The notes under the pieces were generated by a model. That model was not told where the DNA came from, did not search any database, and saw nothing but the letters and a program-made list of their open reading frames with translations. The position numbers and the translations under genes are program-made. A stretch of 64,000 nt of DNA from Squalus acanthias (lineage: Eukaryota), in contig CM059432.1 in assembly GCA_030390025.1 (NCBI GenBank), positions 73,658,001 to 73,722,000 on the forward strand, written 5' to 3'. Positions 44,701 through 57,666 of this stretch are shown here, one piece after another (positions within the stretch are counted from its first letter, which is position 1; every line of letters starts with the position of its first letter).

Positions 44701-45063
44701 CTGTGTTTCTGTTTGAAGTGTTAGTTTATAACACTTTAAACTGGGTATAGCTATTGTGTTCTTTCCAAACTGCAGACTTCTTGGAAGCTCCAACCCTGCT
44801 GCTTCAACAGGGCCATTGTTTCAGTGTTAACAACCAATTCCCATTTCAAAAGCTTGTGTGGTGTTTACAGCTTTGTGTTAACAACTCATCTTATCTCAGA
44901 AGCCTGTATTTACAGCTTTAGCTTGTTAAGGCTTCCAGATTTTTAAACCCAGTTTGTCATGTTTTAATAATCAAAATTCTTTCATAGGATGGTGTATTTT
45001 TCTGAAATATGGCTATTCCTTTACAGTAGAAGCATGCGGAAAAGAAAAAAGACACAATCCTAG
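41741..45063 (+). pseudogene. Harbinger Myb/SANT-like gene (exons 41741-41980, 42315-42474, 42628-45063 with LTR insertion)
   Basis: RAATRFPDASLEMLV...W.DIA..V....RTW.QCRKRFNDL; first donor mutated to TTGAGT; several stops in exon 3. Confidence 0.85.
43568..45025 (-). mobile_element. Solo LTR, 1458 bp
   Basis: TG...CA ends with imperfect inverted repeat (TGAAGGGATA / TATTCCTTTACA), GTAG TSD. On the minus strand TATAAAA (44216-44210) precedes AATAAA (43921-43916). Removing it restores the Myb tail GVAPRRSMRKRKR. Confidence 0.85.
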
Positions 45064-45351
45064 GTGCACAGGGGTATGCACATGGGTGTATGAAAAAATG
45101 TTAAGGTTAAGTTTCAGTTATATTTATGACGCACATGAATTTATTTATTTGCACAATTTTCCCATCTTTTGTCTGCTACCTGGGAAGTGGCTTTGTCACT
45201 TGGAGTGAATGGTAGACATGATTTAACCTCGAGCAATGGGGGTTTGGGTGACAGGAATGGTTTGGTCATTGTAGGACTGCTTTGTGGTGGTGTTGGGCGG
45301 GGGGGGAAGTTAGTACAGCATCTGGCAGCCACATGGGTGGACTGGTGCAGG

Positions 45352-46547
45352 TTAAGTAAATCTGGACATTATGTGGCCATCCCAGGACTCCCGGAGAGCA
45401 ATGTGTACTGCTGCTGGTGCCATCTCCACCTCAGGTTCCTCCTCCTCCACATCCTCCGAAGAGGCTCTGCGCTCTGCGCCTTGCTCCTCCTGCATCTCCA
45501 ATCCTTGCTGCTGCGTTATGTTGTGCGGCGCGCAGTAAACAACCATGATTCTGGAGACCCTGGCTGGTGCGTACTGAAGGGCTCCTCCAGATCTGTCAAC
45601 GCATCTGAAGCGCATCTTCATCATGCTGATTGCTTGCTCTATGACACATCTGGTGGACATGTGGCTGTCATTATAACGCTCTTCAGCCTCATTACATGGC
45701 CTCCTCAAGGGTGTCATCATCCACGTCTTCAATGGATAGCCTTTGTCTCCAAGCAGCCAGCCGGCAAGTCTGTTTGGAGGGGCAAAGAGCTGAGGAAGGG
45801 TGGACTGGCGCAGCACAAAAGAGTCATGACAGCTGCCAGGGAATCTGGTGCACACATGCATGATGATCGTTTTATGGTTGCAGACGAGCTGCACATTGAC
45901 AGAGTGGAAGATCTTGCAGTTCACAAACACTCCTGGGTGATCTGCAGGTGCCTTGATGGCCACATGTGTGTAGTTGATGATGTCCTGCACCTGTGGGAAG
46001 CCAGCCAGAGCCACAAAGCCAAGCGTCCGCTCATCAGTGGCAAAGTTCACATAAGTGGCTGACTTGTCAATAATGGCATCAGTCACCTGGGTGATGCAAC
46101 TGTGGGCAGTCGACTGTGAGATCCTGCAAATATCTGCTGCAGATCCCTGAAAGGCTCCTGAGATGAAGAAGTTGAGGGTGGTGGTAGCTTTGGCAGCTAC
46201 TGGTAAGGTGTGCCCACCAGGTCCTCTGGGCAGCAGGTCTTGTTCCAGCAAGCTACAAATGTCTGCGATGACCTGGCATGATAGCCTGAGCCTCCTGAAG
46301 CACTGCTGCTCAGTCATGTCCAGGAAGCTCATCCTCTGCCTGTATACCCTGTGTTGGGGTATCGCCTCCGGCGTGGTGCAGCCCTGTGCTGACCCCCTCT
46401 CTCGTGTGGAGCATCAGGTCATTGAGGAGAAGGCTGCTGTTGTGGTTGTTGCTGCTGCTGCTGCTGGTGTTGCTGGTGTTGTTGGTGCTGGGGCTCATCT
46501 TGGTCCGATTCTGAGGTCCAAGGTGAGACAGCATAAGCAGCACCCAT
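45352..46547 (-). pseudogene. Harbinger transposase, inactivated
   Basis: 326-aa ORF with [24 protein letters not shown]; first catalytic Asp altered (DIINYTHV); N-terminus frameshifted. Confidence 0.9.
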
Positions 46548-47224
46548 GCTGATCTAATAGATGGCAGGTAAAGTGGAGATCAGAGGCACAATCCTTCAAT
46601 GTACTGATAGTGGCAATAATGTGGTGAGAGTGGCTTCCGAGGTTGCAGAAATGACTTGCAAACTCCTGACAGCTAAATCTCTGCACAAAATGGAGTCAGC
46701 AAAGCCTTTCCATTAGGCAAGGAAGCAGGTGTAATGTGGGAGTATTTATGTGTTTTTTCCTGCTGTCACTTAATGGACTCGCACAATGGCCACTGAGCTC
46801 CCGCCTCCTCTCCACAGGCGAGCTTCCCGAGGTGCGTGAATCCCGTGCGCAAGAAGTTAAAGCCAAAACCTGATGTTAAAAAGGCAGTTAAGGGTCTCTC
46901 AAAAAGCAGTTAATGACCTCAATGCCCACCTCTCCTGAGCAGGTCTGTGGCGCGTCTCGAAGCGCCCCCGAGTTAAATGTGGAAGTCGGCGGGATGATGG
47001 CGGGTTCCCAACGCTCTGTCAATTTCCGCGAATTTAACTGCCGACCTGCCCCCAAACCCACACACTCGGCACCGGAAAAATTCCAGCCGCAGAGTCGTCA
47101 ATGCATCTACTGTGACGTCATGCTCCCTTGTTTGTTGGCACTGTCATCCTTGAGTATGTGCGACACAGTACTACTGCTATTTGCCTTAATAAGATGTTAT
47201 AAGATTTAGCTATTGGACATACTT

Positions 47225-47480
47225 TTAAAAAATGTTCTCAGGATGTGGGCGATGCTAGCAAGGACGCATGTATTGCCCTTTACTAGTAGCTCTGCGAAGG
47301 CGGTGATGGGCCTTCCCCCTTGAACCTCTGCAGTCCTTGTGGTGATTGTGCTCCCACAATAGTGTTAGATAGGGAATTCCATCTTTTTTACTCAGTGACA
47401 ATGAAAGATCCGTGGTATATGTCCAAGTCAGGATGGTGTATGCCTTAAAGGGGAACTTAAGAGGTGATGATGTTCCCATG
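47225..47480 (-). mobile_element. 3' end of the second CR1-group LINE family
   Basis: Reverse complement of the 3' UTR seen at 26500-26750 and 57170-57415. Confidence 0.7.
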
Positions 47481-48384
47481 ACATTTCTCACATAACTGTA
47501 TCTTCAGTAATACATTACAGCTGCCACTGAAAATGTATTTTCAGCAGCAACAGAAAATGGGGTTCTTTGTGAGGTAATCAGTAATAATTTTACAACCAGG
47601 AAATCAAAAATTAATTAAGACTCTGCATGATAATACAATTGAATAAGTAACTTAAAATTAGTAAATAGGTCACCAGCACAGCAGTACTTTTCTATGTATA
47701 AAATTAAAAAAGGCTAAACTGCAGGCAGTTGCAGATGATTAATCCAAATAATCAGAGGCTGTGCCTACAGATCATTTCACACTTGCTGATCTGTTAACAT
47801 TAAATTCCCAGTGTTTCCAGTAAAACACAACCACAAAGTGGCAGTGGCATTATAATTGCTATTTACAAACTGAAAGTCTGCTGATGTGTGTGTGCCTGTT
47901 TTGATAATCCAGGGGAAACTACTGAGATCATTAAAGGTAAAATATATTAATATAAATTAAATATTTAATGATACAGGCTATTCATGAGCCTAAATCTGTT
48001 TCTTCCTCAACAACACTGTCTTTGTGCTTTCCACCGATTCATTTTTCTTGTCTTTTCCTTTATACTTTGCCTAAATAGATAACTAGATAGAACCGGTTAA
48101 AACCAGTTCTACAGAGGATGCAGAAAGATGGAGAGTAAAAGATTTAACCTTCACAACTTGCAGTCTCTGGTTAGTTTCTTTATTAATACCAGTGGAGATG
48201 CCATGGTGTTGCACACTGCGGGGTGGGGGAGGTGCTAATTTTCACCTTCACCGTGTGAGCAGTAATCTGGTGGAGTGGATTCCACTACCAAACCCCCCCA
48301 CCACCCCCCACGTTGTAGAGCCCACCCGATTTTCATCCCCTTTATTTGAATAGGATGAAAATCAAGCAGGTTCTACAATGGGGT

Positions 48385-48630
48385 TAAAGGAAGGGAAGTG
48401 AGGAGAGGAGGCAGGGAGAAATAGAGGAGATAAAAGGGAGTGAAAGAGAAGAGGAGGTGAAAGGGGAGATGAAGAGGAGAGGAGGAAAGTGGGGAGAGGG
48501 AGAGAGAAGGGGAGTGGAAGAGAGGAGTGGGACAGAAGAGGGGTGGGAGGAGTGGGAGAGAACAGGAGAGGAAGAGAGGAGGATGAAGGGTATGTCGGAT
48601 GGGGTGGGGAACAAGGGAGGGGAAGGAAGT
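48385..48630. repeat. GA-rich low-complexity tract
   Basis: Nearly pure purine run of irregular GGAGA/GAAGA units. Confidence 0.85.
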
Positions 48631-50351
48631 TCTGCTCAGTGGACTGTGTCTCTGTGAGGCCTGGGAATTCCTATCTATGGAGGGTAGCTGTTCAGGGGTC
48701 TGTGCCCATGGGAACAACTGCAACATTGTCTCAGCAGGGAAGGAAAGGAGGCCAGGATTTGCTGCTTGTGGAGAGGGAAGTGCCGCATCTCGCAAAACTC
48801 TGAGAAATGAGATAATTCGATCGCATTCAGTCCCTTCAAGAGTTTTGTCCCAAAGGTTGTGATTTTCTCTTGTATCTTTAGATCCCACACTCTAGTATCG
48901 TGCCTAGCTCCTGTTACAAAAAGCTTTTCCCCTTATGGTTTGGACTCCTTTTTATTTTATTATTGTTTCCAAAGACAGTTCACTTCAGAGTACTGAAGAT
49001 ATTGAATTTCCATGAAAAATACAATTCGCTGATTCGTTCTGCCTGCCGAATTTCAACCTGAATCAGCTGTCCTCACAATGGCCTGCCTCGTTTAAATTTG
49101 GTTTGTAGCAACAGAAAGGTGTCTCACCCCCACCCCCATTATTGTTTGTTCTGGTCCTGGCCCTCAAACCATTAGCTGTCAACATATAAACCCCAACATG
49201 AAAACATACTGGCTGGAATTTTGCGGGGGGTCAGCGGGCACGATTGGTGGCGGGTTGGGTGGGAAAGTGTTTTTTTTTCACAACAGGTCGGGACCCCGCT
49301 GGGATCCTGCTGCCACGCGCCTTTCCCAATCTCGGGTCTGTCAGCGCTGAGCAGAATCCACACGCAGCGGCGGGGAACCCAATTCAGGTAATCAGTGGCT
49401 TGTTCAGAGCCACTTAAGAATGAATTTCAGCTCACCTTTTGCATTTGACAGCTCGCCCATGGGGTCCATGCTGGCCGTGGACCACGTCTGTTAAGCTGAG
49501 GCGGGAGTTCAGTGGACATTGAATCAGTTGTTGAGTTGACAGCTTCAAATGTAAAGTAAAAGCTCCCACCTTACAGAGATATCTTCCCTCAGCCACAAGC
49601 TCCTCCTCACTGCATTTCCACAACAGATTCACCATGCTGCGAGTCTTTATACAAGTCTCCATGCACTCGAACCTCATTACCTCTCTCACCATTGACAGAT
49701 TGCTTCTGTCATCTCTACTTCACCTGTCATCTGTTCCATCAGCATAGGTGCCCTTATACTCTCTCACCTTGGTCCTCAGATTTCCACCACAATCAGCCCC
49801 AACACCAGCAGCACAAGGCACACCAGCATCACCAACAACAACACCACCAACCTTCTCCGCAATCACCTGATGCTGCACAGGACAGAGGACATCAGCACCC
49901 GACCACATTGCTGCCCGGGAGGCCTGGGATGGCCTCACCATGGCTAGACTTATGTCACTTGACGCTGTACACCCTGGCTGCCACATGATGTGCCAGGTTG
50001 GCACCACCCCACACCAACACCATAAAGCATCCCTACAATGCCCAAGCCATTCCATTCACACTCATCGCCATTGCGGGGGGTACCGTTATGTCTCACCATT
50101 CACTGCAACTCACTAAGCCACTTCCAAAGGTGCACACAAATCTGTCCAAGAATGCAGTGTTGAAAATAAAGGTTTCAATGTTTGACACCACATTAACAGA
50201 AACTTTACATGAACATTGCATAAAACATCCAAGTGGCTACCTTTGTGTGTTGTTAGTTGGTATGATTACATTAGGATGAGGGTGAGTGTGAGGGGTGGCT
50301 AGTGAGATGTGGATGTGATAATATGGATAGAGGGGGATGGGTGGAGGTGCA

Positions 50352-50905
50352 AGGTAAGACCACACTTAGAGTACTGCGTGCCATATTATAAAAAGGATAT
50401 AGAGGCACTGGAAAGGGTGCAGAGAAGATTTACAAGGATGATACCAGAAATGCGAGGGTGTACATATCAGGAAAGGATGAACAGGCTGGGTCACTTTTCT
50501 CTTGAAAAAATAAGGCTGAGGGGTGACCTAACAGAGGTCTTTAAAATTATGAAAGGTTTTCATAGAGTGGATACAGAGAGAATGTTTCCACTTGTGGGGA
50601 AGAGCATAACTAGAGACCATCAATATAATATAGTCACCAAGAAATCCTACGAGAATTTAGAAGAAACTTCTTTACCCAAAAAGTGGGGAGAATGTGGAAC
50701 TCGTTACCACAGGGAGTGGTTGAAGTGAATAGTATAGATGCATTTAAGGGGAGGCTGGACGAGCAATTGAGGGAGAAGAGAATAGAAGGTTACGCTGATA
50801 GATTTAGATGAGGAAAAACGGGAGGAAGCTGGAGTGGATCATAAACGCCGGCATGGGCTGGTTGGGCTGAATGGCCTGTTTCTGTGCCGTATATCCTATG
50901 TAATC
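50352..50905 (+). mobile_element. CR1 LINE 3' fragment
   Basis: VRPHLEYC, LERVQRRFTRMIP, RLRGDL motifs; 3' hairpin and tail. Confidence 0.85.
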
Positions 50906-52675
50906 CTTTTTAAGTTGGTGTGAGTAAGGATGTGCAGGAGTAGGGTAGGGAAAGCAGAGTGATGGGGATGTGATGAGAGGCACAGCAGGATGAGGTTGAG
51001 TGTGGTTTTGTACTAACGTTTCGTGATCTACTGAGATCATTGAAACATTTACGGCACTGCACCCAGGTCCTCCTGACCACATCCTACTTGTGCCCTCCTC
51101 TGCAATGTGCAACCAGGCTGTGTTGATCTCCTGGGGAGGTCTCTTCCGCCCATTGGAAGGGAAGAGGACCTCCCTGCGTGCTGTGACTCCCTCCATATGC
51201 TTATGGAGGGAGTCATGGGAGAGCATAGGTGCAGCCATGTGCCTTTTTGCAGTGATTGTCAGTGTTTGTCACCTCGGCAGAAACGGGACCAACATCGTCG
51301 CAGGGGGGGCTTGATAGTGCTGTTGGGAAGGATTTAAACTAGTTTGTCAGGGGGCTGGGAACCTAAGTGTGGGCCCAGAATGGAGAGAAACAAAGCTGGA
51401 AGTGCAAGTTAGAAAAGTAGTCAGCAAAACTAGTAGGGAGCAGAAACAAAGGCCAACAGTAAAGAGGGTCAAAGTGCAGAAAAATATTAAACAGGCAAAG
51501 TTGAAGGCACTTTATCTAAATGCACGTAGCATTCGCAACAAGGTGGATGAATTAATGGCGCTAGTAGAAGTAAATGGGTATGATGTAATTGCCATTACAG
51601 AGACATGGTTGCAGGGTAACTAAAGCTGGGAACTGAATGTTCCAGGGTACTCAACATTTAGGAAGGACAGACAAAAAGGAAAAGGAGGTGGCGTAGTGCT
51701 GTTAATAAGGGATGAGATGGGTACAGTAGAGATAAAAGATCTTGCCTTGGCAGATCGTGATGTAGAACTGGAATCAATTTGGGTGGAGCTAAGAAACAGC
51801 AAAGGGCGGAAAACATTGGTGGGAGTTGTGTATAAGCCACCAAACAGTAATGGTAATGTAGGGCACAGTATCAATCAAGAGATTAGAAGTGCATGTAACA
51901 AGGGCAATATGGTAATCATGGGGGACTTTAATCTACATATTGACTGGGCAAATCAAATTACCACTAATGGTGTGGAGGACGAATTCTTGGAATGCATGCG
52001 AGATGGTTTCCTGGATCAGTATGTGGAGGAACAGGCTATTCTGGATCTGGTACTGTGTAATGAGAAAGGGCTAATCAAGAATCTTGTGGTAAAGGGGCCT
52101 TGAGGGACAAGTGACCATAATATGATTGAATTTTACATTAAGTTTGAGAGTGATGTAGTCCAATCTGAAACTAAGGTCTTCAATCTAAACAGAGGAAACT
52201 ACAAGGGTATGAGGGACAAGTTGGCCATGGTAGATTGGGAGACTACACTAAAAGGTATGAAGGTGGACATACAATGGCTAACATTCAAGGAAATAATGCA
52301 TAATTTGCAACAAACATATGTTCCTCTAGGGCATAAAAATCCAAAAGGAAAAGTGATCCAACCATGGCTAACAAAAGAAATTAAAGCTGGTATTAAGTCA
52401 AAGGAGGAAGCTTATAAAGTTGCCAGAAAAAGCGGTCAGCCTGAGGATTGGGATCTTTTTAGAAATCAGCAAAGGGGGCCCAAGAAATTGATAAAGCAAG
52501 TTAAAATGGAATATGAGCACAAACTAGCAAAAAATATAAAAACAGATTGTAAAAGCTTCTATAGGTATGTGAAAAGGAAAAGACTGGCGAAGGTAAATGT
52601 AGGTCCTTTACAGTCAGAGATGGGAGAATTTATAATGGGAATGAGGAAATGGCAGAGAAATTAAATAAATACTTT

Positions 52676-53517
52676 GGGCAGAATTTTCATTGACCCGTGG
52701 AGGCGGGTTTGGAGGCATGTGGGGTGGGAAAATAGCAGATTCGGGGCTCCCGAACCCATCCTGCCCCCAACCCGCCTCCATGCCAGTTTCACAGGAGGCG
52801 GGTACCCGACCTGTGCTGGGACCCGCCTCCCTGAGGCGGGAAGGGGATTAGTGCCAATAAACTGCCTGTTAACAGGTAGTTAACAGGCAGTTTTTGCCTA
52901 ATCCCTATTTTTAGCCCTGAAGTGTGGGCTTCCCAACAGGTCTGAACCACGCCGATTTAGCGAGGCGGACCGTGGGTCTGCAGGGGTTGGAGGGGTCGAT
53001 ATGTCCAGTGGGCAGGTGAGTGATGGGTGTATGTGTGCAGAGGTAAGTGTGTAAGGTAAGTGTAAAGTGTGGAAAAAGTTTTACTTACCTTAACTTCCTC
53101 CTGCAGGTGTCAGCCCTTCAGGTCTCGGGAGTCAGAAATCTCACCGGCACAGAAAGCAGAATGGCCGTTGAGCTGTCAAAAGCTGCAGCCTCTGATTTTT
53201 GTTCTGCAGAGATCTCTAAATCAGCCTGAGAGGAAGGAATTAACTTAGAGGACAGATTGTCAGTGTTTGACAGCTTCAAGGAGCTGTCAAACGCTGATAT
53301 TTCATCTGTCAAAAGCTCTTGACAGATGAAATGTCAATCTGTGACGTCACCTGTTGCCGGGTGGCCCTTAATTGGCCTGCTGAGCCTGCTGGGCGGGCTC
53401 AACAAGATCAATCAAGGGAAAATCGAGTGGGTTGGCCACAACTCGATGGAGGCGGGACTACAACCCCAAAAGCAGGAGACCCGCCTCCTGCTCGCCTCCA
53501 TTGATAAAATCCAGCCC
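52676..53517. mobile_element. Harbinger-type MITE inserted in CR1 ORF2
   Basis: GGGCAGAATTTT / AAAATCCAGCCC ends; colinear with 29746-30681; CR1 frame resumes after it (LNKYF|SVFTEED). Confidence 0.85.
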
Positions 53518-54663
53518 AAAGTTTCTGTCTTCACGGAGGAAGACACAAAAAACCTCCCAGAAATACGAGAAAACCAAGGGTGTGACGAGAATGAGGAACT
53601 TAAAGAAATTATTATTAGTAAGAAAACAGTACTAGCAAAATTAATGGGAATAAAAGTCGATAAATCCCAAGGACTGGATGACCTACATCCTAGGGTTTTG
53701 AAAGAGGTGGCCATTGGAATAGTGGACGCATTAGTTGTCATCTTCCAAAATTCTATAGATTCTGGAACAGTTCCTGCAGATTGGATGATAGCAAATGTAG
53801 CCTTGCTATTTAAGAAAGGAGGGAGAGAGAAAACGGGGAACTACAGACCTGTTAGCCTCACATCAGTAGTTGGGAAAATGCTGGAATCTATTATAAAGGA
53901 TGCAATAACTGAGCACTTAGAAACTAATAGTAAGATTGGGCAGAGTCAACATGGATTTATGAAAGGGAAATCCTGTTTAACAAACCTATTGGAGTTCTTT
54001 GAGGATGTAACTAGTGGAGTAGACAAATGGGAACCGGTAGATGTGGTGTATCTGGATTTTCAGAAGGCCTTCGATAAGGTCCATCAAGAGGTTGGTGAAC
54101 AAAATTAGGGCTCATGGAATTGGGGATAGTATACTAGCATGGATTGAGAATTGGTTAACCGACAGAAAACAAAGAGTAGGGATAAACGGGTCTTTTTCAG
54201 GATGGCAGGCTCTGACTAGTGGGGTACCGCAAGGATAGGTGCTTGGGCCCCAGCTATTCACAATCTATATCAATAATTTGGATGAGGGGACTAAATGTAA
54301 CATTTCCAAATTTGCTGATGACACAAAGCTAGGTGGCAGTGTCAGTTGCGAGGAGGATGTAAAAAGGCTTCAAGGGGATCTCGACAGGCTCAGTGAGTGG
54401 GCGAGAACATGGCAGATGAAATATAATGTGGATAAATGTGAAGTTATCCACTTTGGTAGAAAAAACAGAAAGGCAGAATATTTCCTAAATGGTGAAAGAT
54501 TGGGGAATGCAGATGCTCAAAGGGACCTGGGTGTCCTTGTACATGAGTCACTGAAAGTGAATGTGCAGGTGCAGCACGCCATTAGGAAGGCAAATGGTAT
54601 GCTGGCCTTCATTACAAGAGGATTTGAGTACAGGAGTAAAGAAGTCTTACTCCAATTATATAG

Positions 54664-54873
54664 CCATGATGCGGAGATGCCGGTGTTGGACTGGGGTGGA
54701 CAAAAGTGAGAAGTCGCACAACACCAGGTTATAGTCCAACAGTTTTATTTGAAATCACAAGCTTTCGGAGCTGCTGCCCCTTCGTCAGGTGCACCTGATG
54801 AAGGGGCAGCAGCTCCGAAAGCTTGTGATTTCAAATAAAACTGTTGGACTATAACCTGGTGTTGTGCGACTTC
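54664..54873. mobile_element. Penelope-like insertion with inverted terminal duplication
   Basis: 12-bp TSD CCAATTATATAG (54652-54663, 54874-54885); palindrome 54710-54873 centred on GTGCAC. Confidence 0.85.
54792..54827 (+). ncRNA. Minimal type I hammerhead ribozyme (mirror copy on - strand at 54756-54791)
   Basis: CAC-CUGAUGA-A-GGGGC-AGCA-GCUCC-GAAA-GC-UU-GUG: intact core, stem I CAC/GUG, stem II, palindromic AGCU stem III. Confidence 0.75.
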
Positions 54874-55749
54874 CCAATTATATAGGGCCTTGGTGAAACA
54901 ACACCTGGAGTACTGTGTACAATTTTGGTCTCCTTACCTAAGGAAGGATATACTTGCCATAGAGGGAGTGCAATGAAAGTTCATGAGATTGATTCCTGGG
55001 ATGGCGGGACTGTCATTTGAGAAGAGATTGAGTAAACTAGGCCTGTATTGTCTTGAATTCAGAAGAATGAGAGGGGATCTCATTGAAGCATACAAAATTA
55101 TTACAGGGCTTGATAGGATGGATGCTCGAGAATGTTTCCCTTGGCTAGAGAGTCTAGAACCAGGGGCCACAGCCTCAGATAAAGGGTAGGCCATTCAGGA
55201 CTGAGATGAGAAGAAATTTCTTCACACAGAGGGTGGTTAATCTTGGGAATTCTCTACCCCAGAGGGCTGTGGAGGCTCAGTCATTGGGTACATTCAAAAC
55301 AGAAGTCGATAGATTTCTGACTAGTAAGGGCATCAAGGGATATGGCGATAGGGCTGGTGAATGGAGTTGAGGCAGAAGATCAGCCATGATCTCATTGAAT
55401 GGCGGAGCAGGCTCGAAGGGCCGAATGGCCTACTCCTGCTCCTATTTCTTATGTTCTTATATTCTTATGTTTGCAGCACCTCAATGCTGTAGAACACTGA
55501 CAGCACAAATGTCAAAATAAAGTTGGCCATGGTCCCTTTAAGGAAACCAGCTGATGACGCGTCATCAAATGACATCACCAGACCCGCTTCCTCTAATTGG
55601 CCGGGAAACCCGCTGGGCGAGCTTAACAAGCCCGATCAAGGGAAATTAATTTCATAGTGCAGGTTGGAGCCAGCAGCGGGGTCGGGACCCGCCACCGATT
55701 TCGCCCGCCACGGACGCGCCGAGGTTAGTAAAATCCCAACCACTGCATT

Positions 55750-57416
55750 TGGTACTCAGCAGCCAGAAGTGCCGAGTAGATGATCCATATCGGCCTCCTC
55801 CTGAAGTTCCCACCATCACAGAAGCCGGTCTTCAGCCAATTCGATTCACTCCACGTGATATCAAGAAACGGCTGAGTGCACTGGATACAGCAAAGGCTAT
55901 GGGCCCCAACAACATCCGACTATCGTGCTGAAGACTTGTGCTCTAGAACTAGCCATGCCTCTAGCCAAGCTGTTCCAGTACAGCTACAACACTGGCATCT
56001 ATCCGACAATGTGGAAAACTGCCCAGGTATGTCCTGTCCACAAAAAACAGGACAAATCCAATCCAACCAATTACCACCCCATCAGTCTACTCTCTCAATC
56101 ATCAGCAAAGTGACTTACTCACCAATAACCTGCTCACTGATGCCCAGTTTGGGTTCCGTCAGGACCACTCGGCTCCAGACCTCATTACAGCTTTGATCCA
56201 AACATGGACAAAGGAGCTGAATTCCAGAGGTGAGCTGAGAGTGACTGCCCTTGACATCAAGGCAGCATTTAACCGAGTGTGGCATCAAGGAGCTCTAGAA
56301 AAACTGAAGTCAACAGGAGTCGGGGGGGAAAACTCTCCACTGGCTGGAGTCATACCTAGCACAAAGGAAGTTGGTTGTGGTGTATGGAGGTCAATCATCT
56401 CAGCCCCAGGACATCGCTGCAGGAGTTCCTCAGGGCAGTGTCCGAGGCCCAACCATCTTCAGCTGCTTCATCAATGACCTTCCCTCCAACATAAGGTCAG
56501 AAATGGGGATGTTCGCTGATGACTGCACAGTGTTCAGTGCCATTCACAACTCCTCAGATAATGAAGCAGTCTATGCCCACATGCAAGAAGACCTGGACGA
56601 CATTCAGGCTTGGGCTGATAAGTGGCAGGTAACATTCGCACCACACAAGTGCCAGGCAATGACTATCTCCAACAAGCGAGAGTCTAACCACTGCTCCTTG
56701 ACATTCAACGGCATTACCATCGCCGAATCCCCCACCATCAACATCCTGGGGGGTCACCATTGACCAGAAACTTAACTGGACCAGCCACATAAATACTGTG
56801 GCAACAAGTGCAGGTCAGAGGCTAGGTATTCTGCGGTGAGTGTCTCACCTCCTGACTCCCCAAAGCCTTTCCACCATCTACAAGGCACAAGTAAGGAGTG
56901 TGATGGAATACTCACAACTTGCCTGGATGAGTGCAGCTCCAACAACACTCAAGAAGCTCGACACTATCCAGGACAAAGCAGCCCGCTTGATTGGCACCCC
57001 AACCACCACCTTAAACATTCACTCCCTCCACCACCGGCGTACCGTGGCTGCAGTGTGTACCATCTACAAGATGCACTGCAGCAACTCGCCAAGGCTTCTT
57101 CAGCAGCACCTCCCAAACCCGCGACCTCTACCACCTAGAAGGACAAGGGCAGCAGACGCATAGGAACACCACCACCTCCAAGTTCCCCTCCAAGTCACAC
57201 ACCATCCTGACTTGGAAGTATATCACCGTTCCTTCATCGTCGCTGGGTCAAAATCCTGGAACTCCCTCCCTAACAGCACTGTGGGTTTACCTTCACCACA
57301 CGGACAGCAGCGGTTCAAGAAGGCGGCTCACCACCACCTTCTCAAGGGCAATTAGGGATGGGCAATAAATGCTGCCCTTGCCAGCGACGCCCACATCCCA
57401 TGAATTAATTTTTTTA
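55750..57416 (+). mobile_element. Second CR1-group LINE family, RT region plus 3' UTR, disrupted
   Basis: NYHPISLLS, ALDIKAAF, GVPQGSV.GP, FADD, YKAQVRSVMEY motifs across frames. Confidence 0.9.
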
Positions 57417-57666
57417 AAGCTGACACTTATAATGTATTTTTCCATTAAGATAGTATGACATAGGACTTTTCAATGCATTTTGAAATGGATTGATGTGACC
57501 CATTCACTGATTTTAATATACAATAGATGTCTCCATCAAAGATGTACATGCACAGACATTACACTTATACCATTATTCTCCTCAAAACTATTCCTATTTG
57601 GTAATAATCACATTAGAAATAATTGCGAAGACACAGAATTGTCTAAAAAAATTGAACTCCCTTTTC

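Larger units (their letters stand above)
41456..47090. mobile_element. Harbinger element C, decayed full-length copy with nested solo LTR
   Basis: Myb gene on +, transposase on -, right TIR AAAAATTCCAGCC at ~47076-47088. Left TIR is degenerate, so that boundary is approximate. Confidence 0.85.
51285..55470 (+). mobile_element. CR1 LINE (end of ORF1 plus disrupted ORF2) with nested MITE and Penelope insertion
   Basis: ORF2 pieces from LYLNARS to FADD and LEYCVQFW with several stops and frameshifts; (TTCTTATG)n tail at 55445-55470. Confidence 0.92.
49211..55741. mobile_element. Harbinger element D, decayed and expanded by nested CR1, MITE and Penelope insertions
   Basis: GGCTGGAATTTT at 49211 and AAAATCCCAACC ending 55741, both flanked by ACT; Myb exon-1 remnant (EVLFPSNGRKRPPQE) on - at 51030-51238. 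Confidence 0.7.

Noticed and set aside
48373..48888. 171-aa Ser/Pro/Leu-rich ORF
   Set aside because: Product of the GA-rich low-complexity tract.
52667..53525. MITE flanks TTT/AAA instead of a direct TSD, hinting at longer TIRs
   Set aside because: Sister copies have ordinary ATA TSDs; a local repair or mutation event is sufficient.
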